Assembly (NCBI GenBank): GCA_002633005.1
Contig: NMRA01000003.1
Location: 2,453,159 to 2,517,158, forward strand
Source of the DNA: Phoronis australis
Lineage: Eukaryota; Animalia; Phoronida
DNA: 64,000 nucleotides
Reading direction: 5' to 3'
Positions 1 through 11,700 of the stretch are shown in pieces (within the stretch, counting starts at the first letter, position 1; every line of letters begins with the position of its first letter). The position numbers were made by a program, and so were the translations under genes. Below the pieces are notes generated by a model. That model did not search any database, was not told where the DNA came from, and saw only the letters and a program-made list of their open reading frames with translations.

Positions 1-846
1 ATTCTATGTTTCTGTGGTGCTTTAAGCAACTGGTGTATAGGATGTGCTTGTATTATGAAGATTACTCACATTTTGCCCCTAGCCTATTGAGGAGACAATG
101 ACCATGCCTTTCCATTTTGCTAAGTACAACATACTACATATATGCCCTCTACTGGCCACTTTGTGGTACCAATAAACAACCCTAGAAGGATACCGTATGC
201 GGTGCAATTGTGGGCGCATTTCAACGCTCTGCGTTGCTCTTGTTTCAATGTTTAGACTGTGGGTTGATTTTCTTGGTTTCGTCAGAGCAATTCCAATTTT
301 CACTGTGTCCAGGTAGCCTTTGAAACGTAACTTCTCTTAAACATTTCTATGAAGCACAAGTTTTTCCATGATCAGCAACATCATAAAAATGATTGTCTGG
401 TGTTGGAGTTACTTGCATTCTAACCTTGTCAATGAAGTGTCCTCCATGCATGAAACTCTTTTTTCCAACAAGTGTTCAATCCATAAACCCCAATGTACTC
501 CCTTTTCTGTCAAATAGTTTTATTGACTGTATGTTACTGAAATGTATCTCTTGCTATCAGTGGTTATTAACTTCTACCAATTGTTTTTACTTGGCGAAAC
601 TCCTTAGTGTAGTGCTCTGCCATCAATTTTTTTTTGTTTGTTTACACTGTACAGGTCGCAATTTTCTTCCAATTTGCACAAAATTCGCTCACGACATGTA
701 GTTCGGGAAGTCCTGGAAGCTTATTGTCTTTGGTCATGATCGGATTCATTTTTTTTTTCAATTTTTCCATTCTTGGAGTTATCAATAATTGTTATTTATC
801 TTCTAGTACAGCAACAGGTGGCGTACTCTCTTAAACTCCGAGAACA

Positions 847-3300
847 TTAATCAACAAAATTTGTTTTGTACCATTTGAATATCGTATGCATGGTGAAACC
901 CCAGATTTCACTGGCATATGATACAATTGGCAGAGTCTGGGTATCAAAAACTCTTCCCAGTGTCTGAGGCATCAGGTCTCTGAAATTGTACAAAGAAGAT
1001 CTTACACAATATATTGCTTTCATCGATTTGCGAGCAAGTTTTCTTCTGAGTAGTAAACCATGAGTAACCGGGAGTAAAGACAGTATACTTATATTGGGAA
1101 AAAGCTTCAATTTGTTATCTTTCTTAGAACTACTTTTCATGATTTGCCAAATGCCACCTTTCTGAAACGCCATGACTTTGGTCTTATCCATGTTCATCTT
1201 CAGTTGATTTGCATGACAGTGCAATTTCTAAGTTATTTATTACATAAATGTTGCAAATCTATTACGTATTCTGCAAAAGCCAGATGAAAAAGTCTATTGA
1301 TATATAGATAGTCTCTGCCTAAAGAGTCACATTTTAGATATGTCCGTAAGCCGTTTATAAAAAAGTTGAGGGCAAAAGGTGACTATGCACATTTGTCTAA
1401 CATTGTACAGTTGTACTTTTAAAATATCTGAGCAACTATATGGCATAATCATTGTTGGCTTGACAAGCTGATAAAAATTTTAACATCTTAGTGCTGACAT
1501 TTCCTTTGCCAATTTTCCCCTCAGAATGCTTCTGCAAATACGATCAAAGGCTTTCAAAAAGTCTATATAGAGACAGTACTTTTTCTACCTAGGTTTGCTA
1601 ACACATACTGAACTTAAGTGTGTTAAGAACAACAATGTCAATGGTACTGTAGTCTTTCTTGTACCTACTTGGCGCCTCGGACAATTTATTTAGAGAACTT
1701 GCCCACTCTACGAATCATTCATTTAAAATACAAACGTACACTTTATATACCTATATACACTGCCAAGACTTCCACCTTTATGAAGCGGTATCATCCCACC
1801 TTCCAAACATTTTTGCAGGAAGTAAGCAGTACTAAACATCTTATTTAATAGGTTATATAACACCCCCACCAGCACCTCACAGGACTTGTTTGCCTTCTCT
1901 AAGGAGTTCACTGCGTATTCAGTCTAATCCAGGTGATTTGCCCGTCTTTGAATTGTCAATACACTTCTTGACCTCATGCAAAGTAATTTCGCTATCAAGG
2001 ATATATATTACTATTTACTTGGCGAAGTCGTTATCCCCCGTTATCTGGAGCTCGAGTGGATTTTGGAGAATTATCGCCAGGGGGGCGTTAGCCCCGATGG
2101 TGATAATTCTCCAAAATCCAGGAGGGCTCTAGATAAGGGGGTTAACAGCTGAGAACATGTAATAATCTATTTATACCACATACTAAACGAGAAACATTGC
2201 AATGAATCAATTTACCTTTTCTGACTCTCCACGGCTTTGTAACTGCTTTCTATGTCAGAGGCCCGGGGTCGGAGGTCGTGACCTTTTAAGAAAAGCTGGG
2301 CTATTTTTGTCAAATAATGCTTTTAATTAAAACCAATTGAAAACTTACATATAATAGGAATAAATTGAATTTATAAATTAAGGTTTACCAACTATTATAG
2401 CTTAAAACACTTTTTTCACGCTAAGCTTCGACTGGGAAATTATTGTCTGCTAAAGTAGGTTACCACTGGTAACTGAATATAATTCTCTAGTCAAAAATCC
2501 TGATGACACGATACCCGCATTCAAACTGGAGATCGGTGATTTAATAGTAAGAGGACATGAGAGAAAAATTTCACTAAATGAAGATATCATTTTTATGGAA
2601 ATTATGTGTCTTATTTTTTGTAGCGTATAAGTACTGTACAATGTGGTTTGTTGAACATGGGATTATTGCGCATGCTCATTTAAGTATTCTGTTTTCACTC
2701 TTGATGACGTCAGTCGCTGCATGGTGTAGTGGTAAAGTCGGCGACCAGCATCTCCAGGCTTCCGGGTTCGACTCCGTCCTCGGTTTTCCGCCAAAATGTT
2801 ATCTCACTAGTGAGATAACTTTATGGGTTATTACACGGTAGTATCTGCCATTTGACGCTAATATTGTGGTATAAAAGATATGATTCTAACAAACTTGAAC
2901 ATCATGAATAGTTGCATGTTCTTTCTAAACTTGTATATAAAGATGGGAAATGGTCATAACAGCCATTACCAGCAGCACTAACTGCGAACTGGCGATGTGC
3001 TCGACTATTATTTAAATTCGTGCTCGACTATTATTTAAATTCAAAATACCCCAGAATTTTTTTTAATCTTTCAGGCTGGAGTCTAATTAGTTTTCAATCA
3101 ATACACTGTTGTTCTCTACTCCACATGGTCATTTTGCATTTGTGTGTTAAGGGTTCATTTTTTATATATAACTGTCCTTTATATGCTGTCATCTCCGTCC
3201 AGATGTCTTGGCTGGCGTTCATTGGTACCTGTGAAGGCTGCTTTCTTGTGTTCTCTGCTGCATTACCAAAATAAACCTCTTGAAAGATTGTCTTGAATAC
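847..3300 (-). mobile_element. Decayed non-LTR retrotransposon (CR1/L2-like) ORF2 reverse transcriptase, interrupted by an insertion at about 2012-2880
   Basis: Minus-strand fragments LDSEITLHEVKKCIDNSKTGKSPGLD*, IPLHKGG, YCLYIDFLKAFDRI, MNMDKTKVMAF and FDTQTLPIVSYASEIWG, with KKFWGIL upstream; many stops and frameshifts. Confidence 0.85.
2012..2880 (-). mobile_element. Non-autonomous Helentron-like (HINE/DINE-1-type) element nested in the LINE
   Basis: Subterminal inverted pair TTTATACCACA (about 2170) / TGTGGTATAAA (about 2865), a long terminal hairpin at 2031-2143, and LINE coding sequence resuming on both sides. Confidence 0.6.
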
Positions 3301-5560
3301 CATCTATAATTCTACTGGATCATTGTTACACATGGCTGTCTGTGATAGACATGCCTCTGGAGAATCTGAGATTGATGGAAATAACCTCGTCTAGCCTGAT
3401 TGGAGCATTTCGTTTTCATTGCTGTATCAATTTTCATAATTGACGCTATATTGCATTTACTCTAGTCCAAGCTATCATTTATCGTGCCTCGCTTTCACAT
3501 TCTTCCTATGTCTTTTGCTGTTACTAAAATGCACTGCCCACATGTTTCAGGGATGCCCTTAATTGTTGAATTCCTTTTTACTGTCCATACTGTGTCTTTG
3601 TGAAGTTAACTTATATTATCAGCTGACACCAGTTGTTCAAAAACATTCAATAAACAAATCATTGTGGTCAATGTACATGTATGCTGATCGCAACGTTTGG
3701 ATTTTTGTTGAGCGAAAGAGAAGTAACATTTTTTATTTAATTTATGCTGTTAGGTATGATTAAGTGATTATTGGAAACTAGTTAACAATTAGTTGATGAA
3801 GATCGAAATTTAACAATTAGTGGTTGTTTTGTCTTTGTCTGTTTTGCCCTTACTCATTGAACTTACTCGTTAGTGTTAAAAGAATCCATCTCCCTCAACT
3901 ACATACCGGTAACATCTTTTTGAAATCTCAACTGCAAATTATTGCCAATTCCTTAAACATGCTTGAAACACGATAAACAAACTAAATTGCAATATTAAAA
4001 TATGTTCACTGTCCCACTGAAACGGAATTCAACGTGCTCACCAGGTATTTTCAGGGTTTGTTCATAAAGATTTTTAATTTTTGTTGACATCAAAGCATTT
4101 TTTCTTTTAGTTTTAAATTTCAAAAAAACAACCTGTTAATTGCTCGCCACTTCATTTTTTCTCCCACAAGGCAAAGTACATCTCCTTACTTGGGATGGCA
4201 AAACATAGACGTAGCACATGGAAAATGTGACCTTTGACCGCAAGCAACTGACTGAGCGCCTGCGCACTTTTATCATAGGTGGGAGGGAGATTAGAAACTG
4301 TGGTAACCACGGAGTTTTTCCTTTGCACGTATTTCAAAAATTGTGATTTTTTTGATTTTTTGCTCTAAAGGGAAAGTGAATTATTACTCTGTACTTGACG
4401 TTGAGAGCTGGTACTAGTCGGGAATTGTTTAAAAGATATTTTTGATGATGCTCCGCATTCCATGCCTCTTTATTACTCCAACCAATCAGGCATATTAGTA
4501 CTCCTATGCACTTGGATCAGTACAACCGGTATGCCAGTATTCCAACAATACAGCTGAACTTTTAATTGGCCCATACATTAAGTTATCATCGAGTGCCTGT
4601 ATCAGATTTACAATGGGTTCATATTTTTAACCATAATGAAATACCAACTCGGCACTAAACAAAAAAGAAAGTCACTATTGTCTGCCAGCGTTCTCCAGAG
4701 TTTCATCCAATTCTGTAATCAAATAACCAACTACGATCCAATTTACAATATTCCCCACTGTAATAAAATCTGGAAACATTTATCTTTTCAATACCCCAGA
4801 CTTGCTTCGGTCTACTTCTGGTCATGGTTTGTCTGTTGATAATGCTACTTAATTTTTGTTTCTGTATCTTGTGCTCAGTTCATTATTTTGTATAATTTAC
4901 TAATCGTGTTTCATCCATTGTTTTAGTAATGTTTAGAGGGCATTTTGACAGTGATCAGAAACCTTAAGATATAATTGAACGGCAGTTTATTCAGACTTAA
5001 TGTATTAAATCTCACAGTAAATGAAACTCCCTCCCTNAGACAATCATGAATTTTGTAGTTGTGGAAGATTTCATCCAGCCTTTACTCAATGTTTAGGAAT
5101 CGATTCAGTAATTAAAAAATAATAGTTGTTTGATTATCAGTAAATGGACCAATAACCATCTCGTATTTAACAAGTTACCACTAAGTAGAAAAAGGGTATA
5201 CTGATTTACATAATGTTCAAGGTTTAGGCAATTGCATTTTTATTGTATTACTGACAAAACTATTAATCTAGAAAATATAGCACTAGACGATAAGAGATTT
5301 TGTGTTTTGGATAAGTAATTTTGTTGTTTTAGTTTTACCTTCATGTCTAATTTTGTTTTTTTCATTAGTATACACCCATACACCTTGTAGATAATTATGT
5401 ATAAGTGATTTGCCGTAAGGTTTTTTAAATTAAGGAAAATATTCTTATTACTTATTTTTGTTCAAAAAATTGTGAAAATATCTCTTATTTTTTCTTCATG
5501 GTTTAAAATTTATAAAACGATGCCGTCTTGTTGTGTAACACACTTGTCTTGTTGTGCAAG

Positions 5561-5736
5561 CTCTCCACCTGGTGCCCAATGACCCCAAATCGCTGTTCCG
5601 TCGCTGCCAGGCACTGGAACACTTGGAGAGGTATGAAGAAGCATTTAAAGATGCCCGCCTCTTGCTGCACGTAGACCCAAAGAACAAAGCCATACAGCCA
5701 GTCCTACAGAGACTTACAGCCGTCATTAAGAAAAAG
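5561..5736 (+). CDS. unc-45: unc-45 exon, last TPR repeat
   Basis: ttgtgcaag|CT CTC... (A)[58 protein letters not shown]|gtattt. Confidence 0.93.
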
Positions 5737-8700
5737 GTATTTTTCGCCTCTGCCAGTAATTTTGTGGATTTCCAGTCACCTGAATTCGCTGAGTAATAAG
5801 GTTAAAATTTAAATTGATCTGTATTTATTCCATGTTATACATTGCAATAAATGGTGATCTTTGATCTTTGTACAAAAATTTCCCAAAGTCGCATATCTGC
5901 ACATTCTCCACCAATAAGGCAAATGTTAGAATATGTGTATTTTATTGCCTTTACAAGAACCCTTTACAAAGCTTGATATAAACCTATTTGACCCCTGTGT
6001 TTTCTTATTTTCTCTGTTGTTTCCACACTGTTGTTTTATAGGTGTTCCATTTTTATGCGCCCACATATTTATATGTGGACGCATTATGCCGTCATCTGCG
6101 TCCATCCGTGCGGCGTCCGTCCGGCATCCGGCGTCGCTGCTCTATCTGCAAAACCGTTCGACGTATGTTCATGAAATTTTGTACATGTGTTCTTTTAATT
6201 TATGAGATGGCATGAGCGAACTTTCAGACGGATCCGACTACCGGTGTGCCCCCCTAGTAGCAATTTGAGTATTTTACATTTACCTCTGTATCTTCAAAGG
6301 TCCTCATTGTATTTTCATAAAATTTGGTATACAGGTATCTATTAGTAAGACGACAGTATCCTCCCGTTTTTTGATGGATTCAACATAGTTTGTGCCACCT
6401 AGTGGCCATTTTTACTGTTTTCGAGTCTCTTTTTTGACGTCCACTCCTCTATCAACCAAGCCACTCTAAGTATGATTGTGAAAATTGGCATGTATGTTCT
6501 TATTATGAAGAAGACGGTCGATGATGGTTTTCCGACGACTTCCGACTACTGTGGCGCTTCCTAGTGGCAGTTTTGTTGTTTTGCGCCTATGGCTATATCT
6601 CCTAAACTGTTTGCAGCATTTTAACTTAATTTAGTAAGGGCATTTTTATGATGTTAACAATACATGACGACTTTCGAACAGATAGGACAACTGGTGTGCC
6701 ACCTAGTGACAATTTTATTTTTTTACGTTTACCCCTGTATCTTCAAAGGTCCGCAACGTAATTTCATAATTTTTGGCATACAGGCTTAGTGAGGTGATGC
6801 TATCTTTCTGTTTTCAGATGGATTTGACCTAGTTTGCGCCACCTAGAGGCCATTTTTACTGTTTTTTGGCGTCCATCCCACTATCAACAAAACCGCTTTC
6901 AGGATAATTGTGAAAATTGGCATGTATGTTTTTGCTATGAAGTGGATTGTTGACAAGGATTTTCTGATGATATCGACTACTGTGGCACCTCCTAGTGTCA
7001 GTTTTTTTTTGCGTCCATGGTTGTATTTTCTAAACCTTATGCAGGATCTTTTTTCTAAATTTAAGAAGTGTGTTTATATGATGTTGACAACGGACGTCGA
7101 TGATTTTGGGATGGATCTGCTTCTCGCATGCCCCTTGTTGGCAAATTTAGTTTTACGTTCACCTCTGTATCTTCAAAGGTCCTCAACAGATTTTCATAAA
7201 ATTTTGAATACGTGTTGGTGAGATGCCGCTATCCTCCAGTTTTCGGATGGAATCAAGGTACTTTGCACCACCTAGTGGTCATTTTTGCTCTTTTCGAGTC
7301 TGTTTTTGGCATCTACCTTTCTATAAACCAAATCATTCTAAGGATGTTTTTGAAAATTGACGTATATGTTCTCAGTGTGAAGAGGACGGTTGATGATGAT
7401 GACTTTGACTACTCTGGCGCTTCCTAGTGGTAGTTTTGTGTTGTTTTGCACCCATAGCTGTTCTTCCTAAACCCACTGCAGGATCTTTATTCAATTTTGT
7501 AAGTTTATTTATATGGAGCTAACAACAGACAATGGCAACTTTCAGGCAGATTCAATGAACACTGTGCCCCCTAGTGGCAATTTCATTTCATTCTGTTTTC
7601 CTTTGTTTCTCTGAAGTTCCATGACCAATTTCTATAAAATTTGGTGTTTATCTTTCTATTAAAGAAGCAGTGACATGTTCCCGTTTTTTGGACGGATTGT
7701 ATGTTTTTGCACCATCTAGTGGCCATTTTTATGACACAAATAAGCAACCCTAAAAGCACACCATTTGCGATGCATTCGTGGGGGCATTTCACCGCTCGGC
7801 GTTGCTCTTGTGTAGAACTTGACCTATGGAGAAGAAACAATCCGGCAAATATAAATACATTTTGTTTCATTGTTTCTTATTGGTCGATACTTTAAAGGCA
7901 ACATAATGAGAGCAAATCCACAACAAGACAAAAAATAAACTTAAGGCTTTATATCATCTTCCCAGGTCTCACAAAATTTTTCGATATTGTCTGTCTAGCT
8001 AACGTTTGTTTTTGGAAAAGCAAGAGATTTTTGTCGGAGCGCAGTGATGTTACAGTGAAAACAGACATGCACAAAATGTAAAAATTGCAGGTTTGAGATG
8101 ATATGTCCAATTTTTACAAGGACCTCTGATACTTAGAAATTGAACGTTGTGATTTGTCTCTGTCATAAATATGATAGCAACGAAGTTGACAACAGTGAAC
8201 TAGAGCGAATATTGATAACGGATGGTAACAACTTCTGGACAAATCCGAATACAGTTGTGCCCCTGAAGGCAATCTAATTTTTCACGTTTTTCTCCATATC
8301 TTTGGAATTTCTTGATGGATTTTCATGAAGCGTGACAATTAAGTTTCTATTGAGGCTGTCACAAACCTTATTCAGTAATGAGCTCACTTCTAACTCATAT
8401 ATTAAAAAAAACAGATTTTGTCATTTAGTTAAAGTATATATTTTCTGCAGAAATAAATATCAGGGATTGTTAAATATGTTTTATATTTATGTGCCATACC
8501 TATTATTACGTTTCCACCTTTTTAAACCGAAATTTCCTTTTTAAGAATGGTACATTCATAGAAAAATAGCCCCTCAGTGTAATTTAATGAAACATTTTTA
8601 CTTCACATTTTACCTCAAAAACGCTGTTGGGAATGTTTTATTACTTATTTAGTTTGGTTTCTATGCCAAATTAGTTCCCAAAAATAATGTTTTATTTTGT

Positions 8701-11700
8701 AAAAACTAGCAATTGTTTTCAAGTAGTTTGGTTTTTGCACCAAATCAACTTTCAAACAGGCATTTGTAAAAGTAGCAGTCGTTTTCATACAGTGCGCAAA
8801 AAGTGGTCATTTAAAGCAAAATCCTAACAGCATTTTTGAGGTTGATACATGAATATCAAAATTAGAAAGTTTCAGTGAAATCCGCCAAGTTCAAACGAAG
8901 TCAGTTTGCTGTAGCCAAGAAAAAATCAAAAATCCCTTAGTGGCAATTTTGTTTTTCTTTGAGCTTACCTTAATATTACCCTAGTTCCTTGATTGTTGAT
9001 ATAACTAAGTTCCTTCATCGATGAAATTTGGCAAATAAGTTACTATAATGTAGACAGCATTATCATGTAGACACCAGCACCAGCCCTGTTTCAAGCGGAT
9101 TTGACGTATGTTGCCCCCCCCCCCCAGTGGTCTATCTGTTATTTTTGTGTCCCTTGTCGTTTTGCTTCCATAGCCTCCACGGTGTGTTCTTGTCAAGGAG
9201 AGCATTTCGGATTTGCTTTGCTCAGACTATTATTATGGGTTGTTCCGTTTTAATGGGATTGTTTAAGAACACAGTATCGGTGGTGTATGCGATGCACACG
9301 TAGGGTGCATATCACCACTCTTGTAATGTTACGTTTTGAGTCCGGAGTGAGTCCCATTTTGTGTTTTTGTTTTGTATATTTCTTTTCAATTTTTCACATG
9401 CTGAAGGGAGAAGAAAAAGCAAAAACTTTAATAATGATGACATTCTGTTGTATTTTCTATACTTTCCTTGTGTGCAATTAAACTAATGCTTTGTACAGTT
9501 GTGTCAAAATGTGGTTGCTCGATTCTCTGATTCAGGCAGACAATCAGACAAGTACTAGTAATCAGATGGAACAGATGTTCAACTTGGCCTTTGACAGTCA
9601 GCTAGGAGACACAGAGAAAAGGTTGCAGGTTTGTATCTACACCATGTAATTAGACTTATTGTTAATAAATATCCTTCCTGTTTTTTCTGGTTTGTTAAAC
9701 AATTGGTATAAAATTGTCTTACATATCAGCACTTGTTCTATGTGCGCCCTCAAGAAATTTTGCAGTCGAATATTGTCAGAGCCTTGTCCCTTGTCCGTCT
9801 GTCATCAATGGTTACCTTTTAATTATTGATTTCGTCGATTGTCTCGAAATTGCTTGAGAAAATGACAAATGTTACATCAAATGAGCGTGTTTATGTTGCC
9901 ATTGTTGTTGAGCCTTAATTTAAGTGGCTTCAGATGACGTTGAACGTGATAGATTGCTTGGTCACCGGATGTTAGATTTAATTCACATATGTTCATTTGT
10001 GCCGTAGCAAGTAATGATCACATAGCAAGTTATAGTTCAATGCATTAAGTAATTGATAAATTTACCTGTATCTATTTCTTATCTCGACTCTGCCAGAACT
10101 TGGAATTTACTTATTAATGCCAATGAGAGCTGAGACGAGTGCGCACAGGTTTTAAAAAGACCTCGCTAAGAGATTGCAAGCAGTTTAGTTATAAAAATGA
10201 TACTAGTCCTGCCCAGTTGCACTCATGCGGAAGAAAAGGTTACCATTAATGCTCACCTGTACATATACCTATGTTGCAAGCTTCCTACGTTAGACAATTA
10301 ACTGTTGCAACTGTCTACAGTAATTATTTTGGGAAGAACGTCAATGCATGCGCAAAACATCACATCACTTTCTGCTTCGAAGGTGTGTACAAACTGCCGC
10401 ACTTTGAGAGTTGTGACCGTTTGGTGGGAAACTCCTCACCACAAACTGTGCCAATAAGAAACTAGAAAGATTAATGTCAGAAAGTGACAATAATGACTCT
10501 GCGCGAGGGAGACTTTCTGGAAAGTTTACAAACTTTCCAGTTGGTTTGTGCTCCATGGCAGAACTATACAAGAAAATGGAAATGTGGATCACGCTGAATT
10601 ACAGATGTTTAACTGTTTTCACAGTACAATGGAAATTGTATGAAAAGAACAGGTCACGTTGAGTGAAATTAGATATCCGTAGTTGTATATGACCCTTTAC
10701 GATGCATTATGAGTCGTCGTAGTGGAATTATGGCAAAGTCCCTGAAAAGTGTGGTTAATTTACAGAATCACAGTAGTTTAACATGTTGAATGAAAATGTC
10801 AAATTTTCAGGACCTGCACTTAATGACCCCATGGTTGCACCATAACCTGAAACTTTGGAATTAGAACTCAAGTGCATGTGTCAATTGTGTGTAAATTTGA
10901 AGTATCTAGGTCAAAATTTAAGTTTGCACTCAATGACTTTTGACCTAGTATGTCTAATTTTAAACACTTGTAATAATATCAATTGCCTCGTTAATCATAC
11001 TGGCTGCTGCTTCAAGTCTCCACCGTTTTGTTTACGTCAAAGGTCAATGGTCACATTTTCCATATAAGGAAATGTGCTATGTCAATGTCTTGCCATACCA
11101 AATGAGGCGACATGCTTTGCTTTGTGTGAGAAAAATCGACTAAATGACAAGCAGTTGACGTATCTTTTTTCTTTGAAACTCAAAACTAAAAGAACTATGT
11201 TCTGATATTAAAAGAAATTCAAAATTTTTATGATTGAATCATTAAAATATCTGGTGAACAGAATCATTAAAATATCTGGTGAACAGGTTGAATTTTGTCT
11301 CGGTGGCAGAGAACCACAACTGTGAATTATGCAATTTATTCTGTTTTTCACGTTCCAGGCCTCTTTAACATGGAGTTGCATCCTGCCTTCTTATACATCT
11401 ATCTGTCGCTTCTGACAATTCTCGAAATTTTTATGCACAGATGTTTTATATCTGTTGCCTAGTTATTGATTGTAGTCTCCAGAACCGCAAATATGCCATT
11501 AATAACATTTATTTGATTCCTAACTGGTTTCTCAGACTTGACTTCTGTAATTTAGCTTGATTATCGTGACAGTTTGCAGCAATTTTAAGCAGAATCTATA
11601 TCTCATTGCATGAGATTTATTTCCTGTTCTGTTGTTTTTACTTGTCTGACGTAGGAATTACCGCTACAGAGCCATTTTGCACAATGCTTTCAGAAAACCA

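Noticed and set aside
2713-2790. tRNA gene
   Set aside because: A and B boxes are present, but I cannot fold a convincing acceptor or anticodon stem, and it is embedded in a repeat.
1-5560. unc-45 start codon and first TPR exons
   Set aside because: No exon encoding TPR1/TPR2 motifs (K.EGN, NRAAC.LK) was found; they are presumed upstream of the window.
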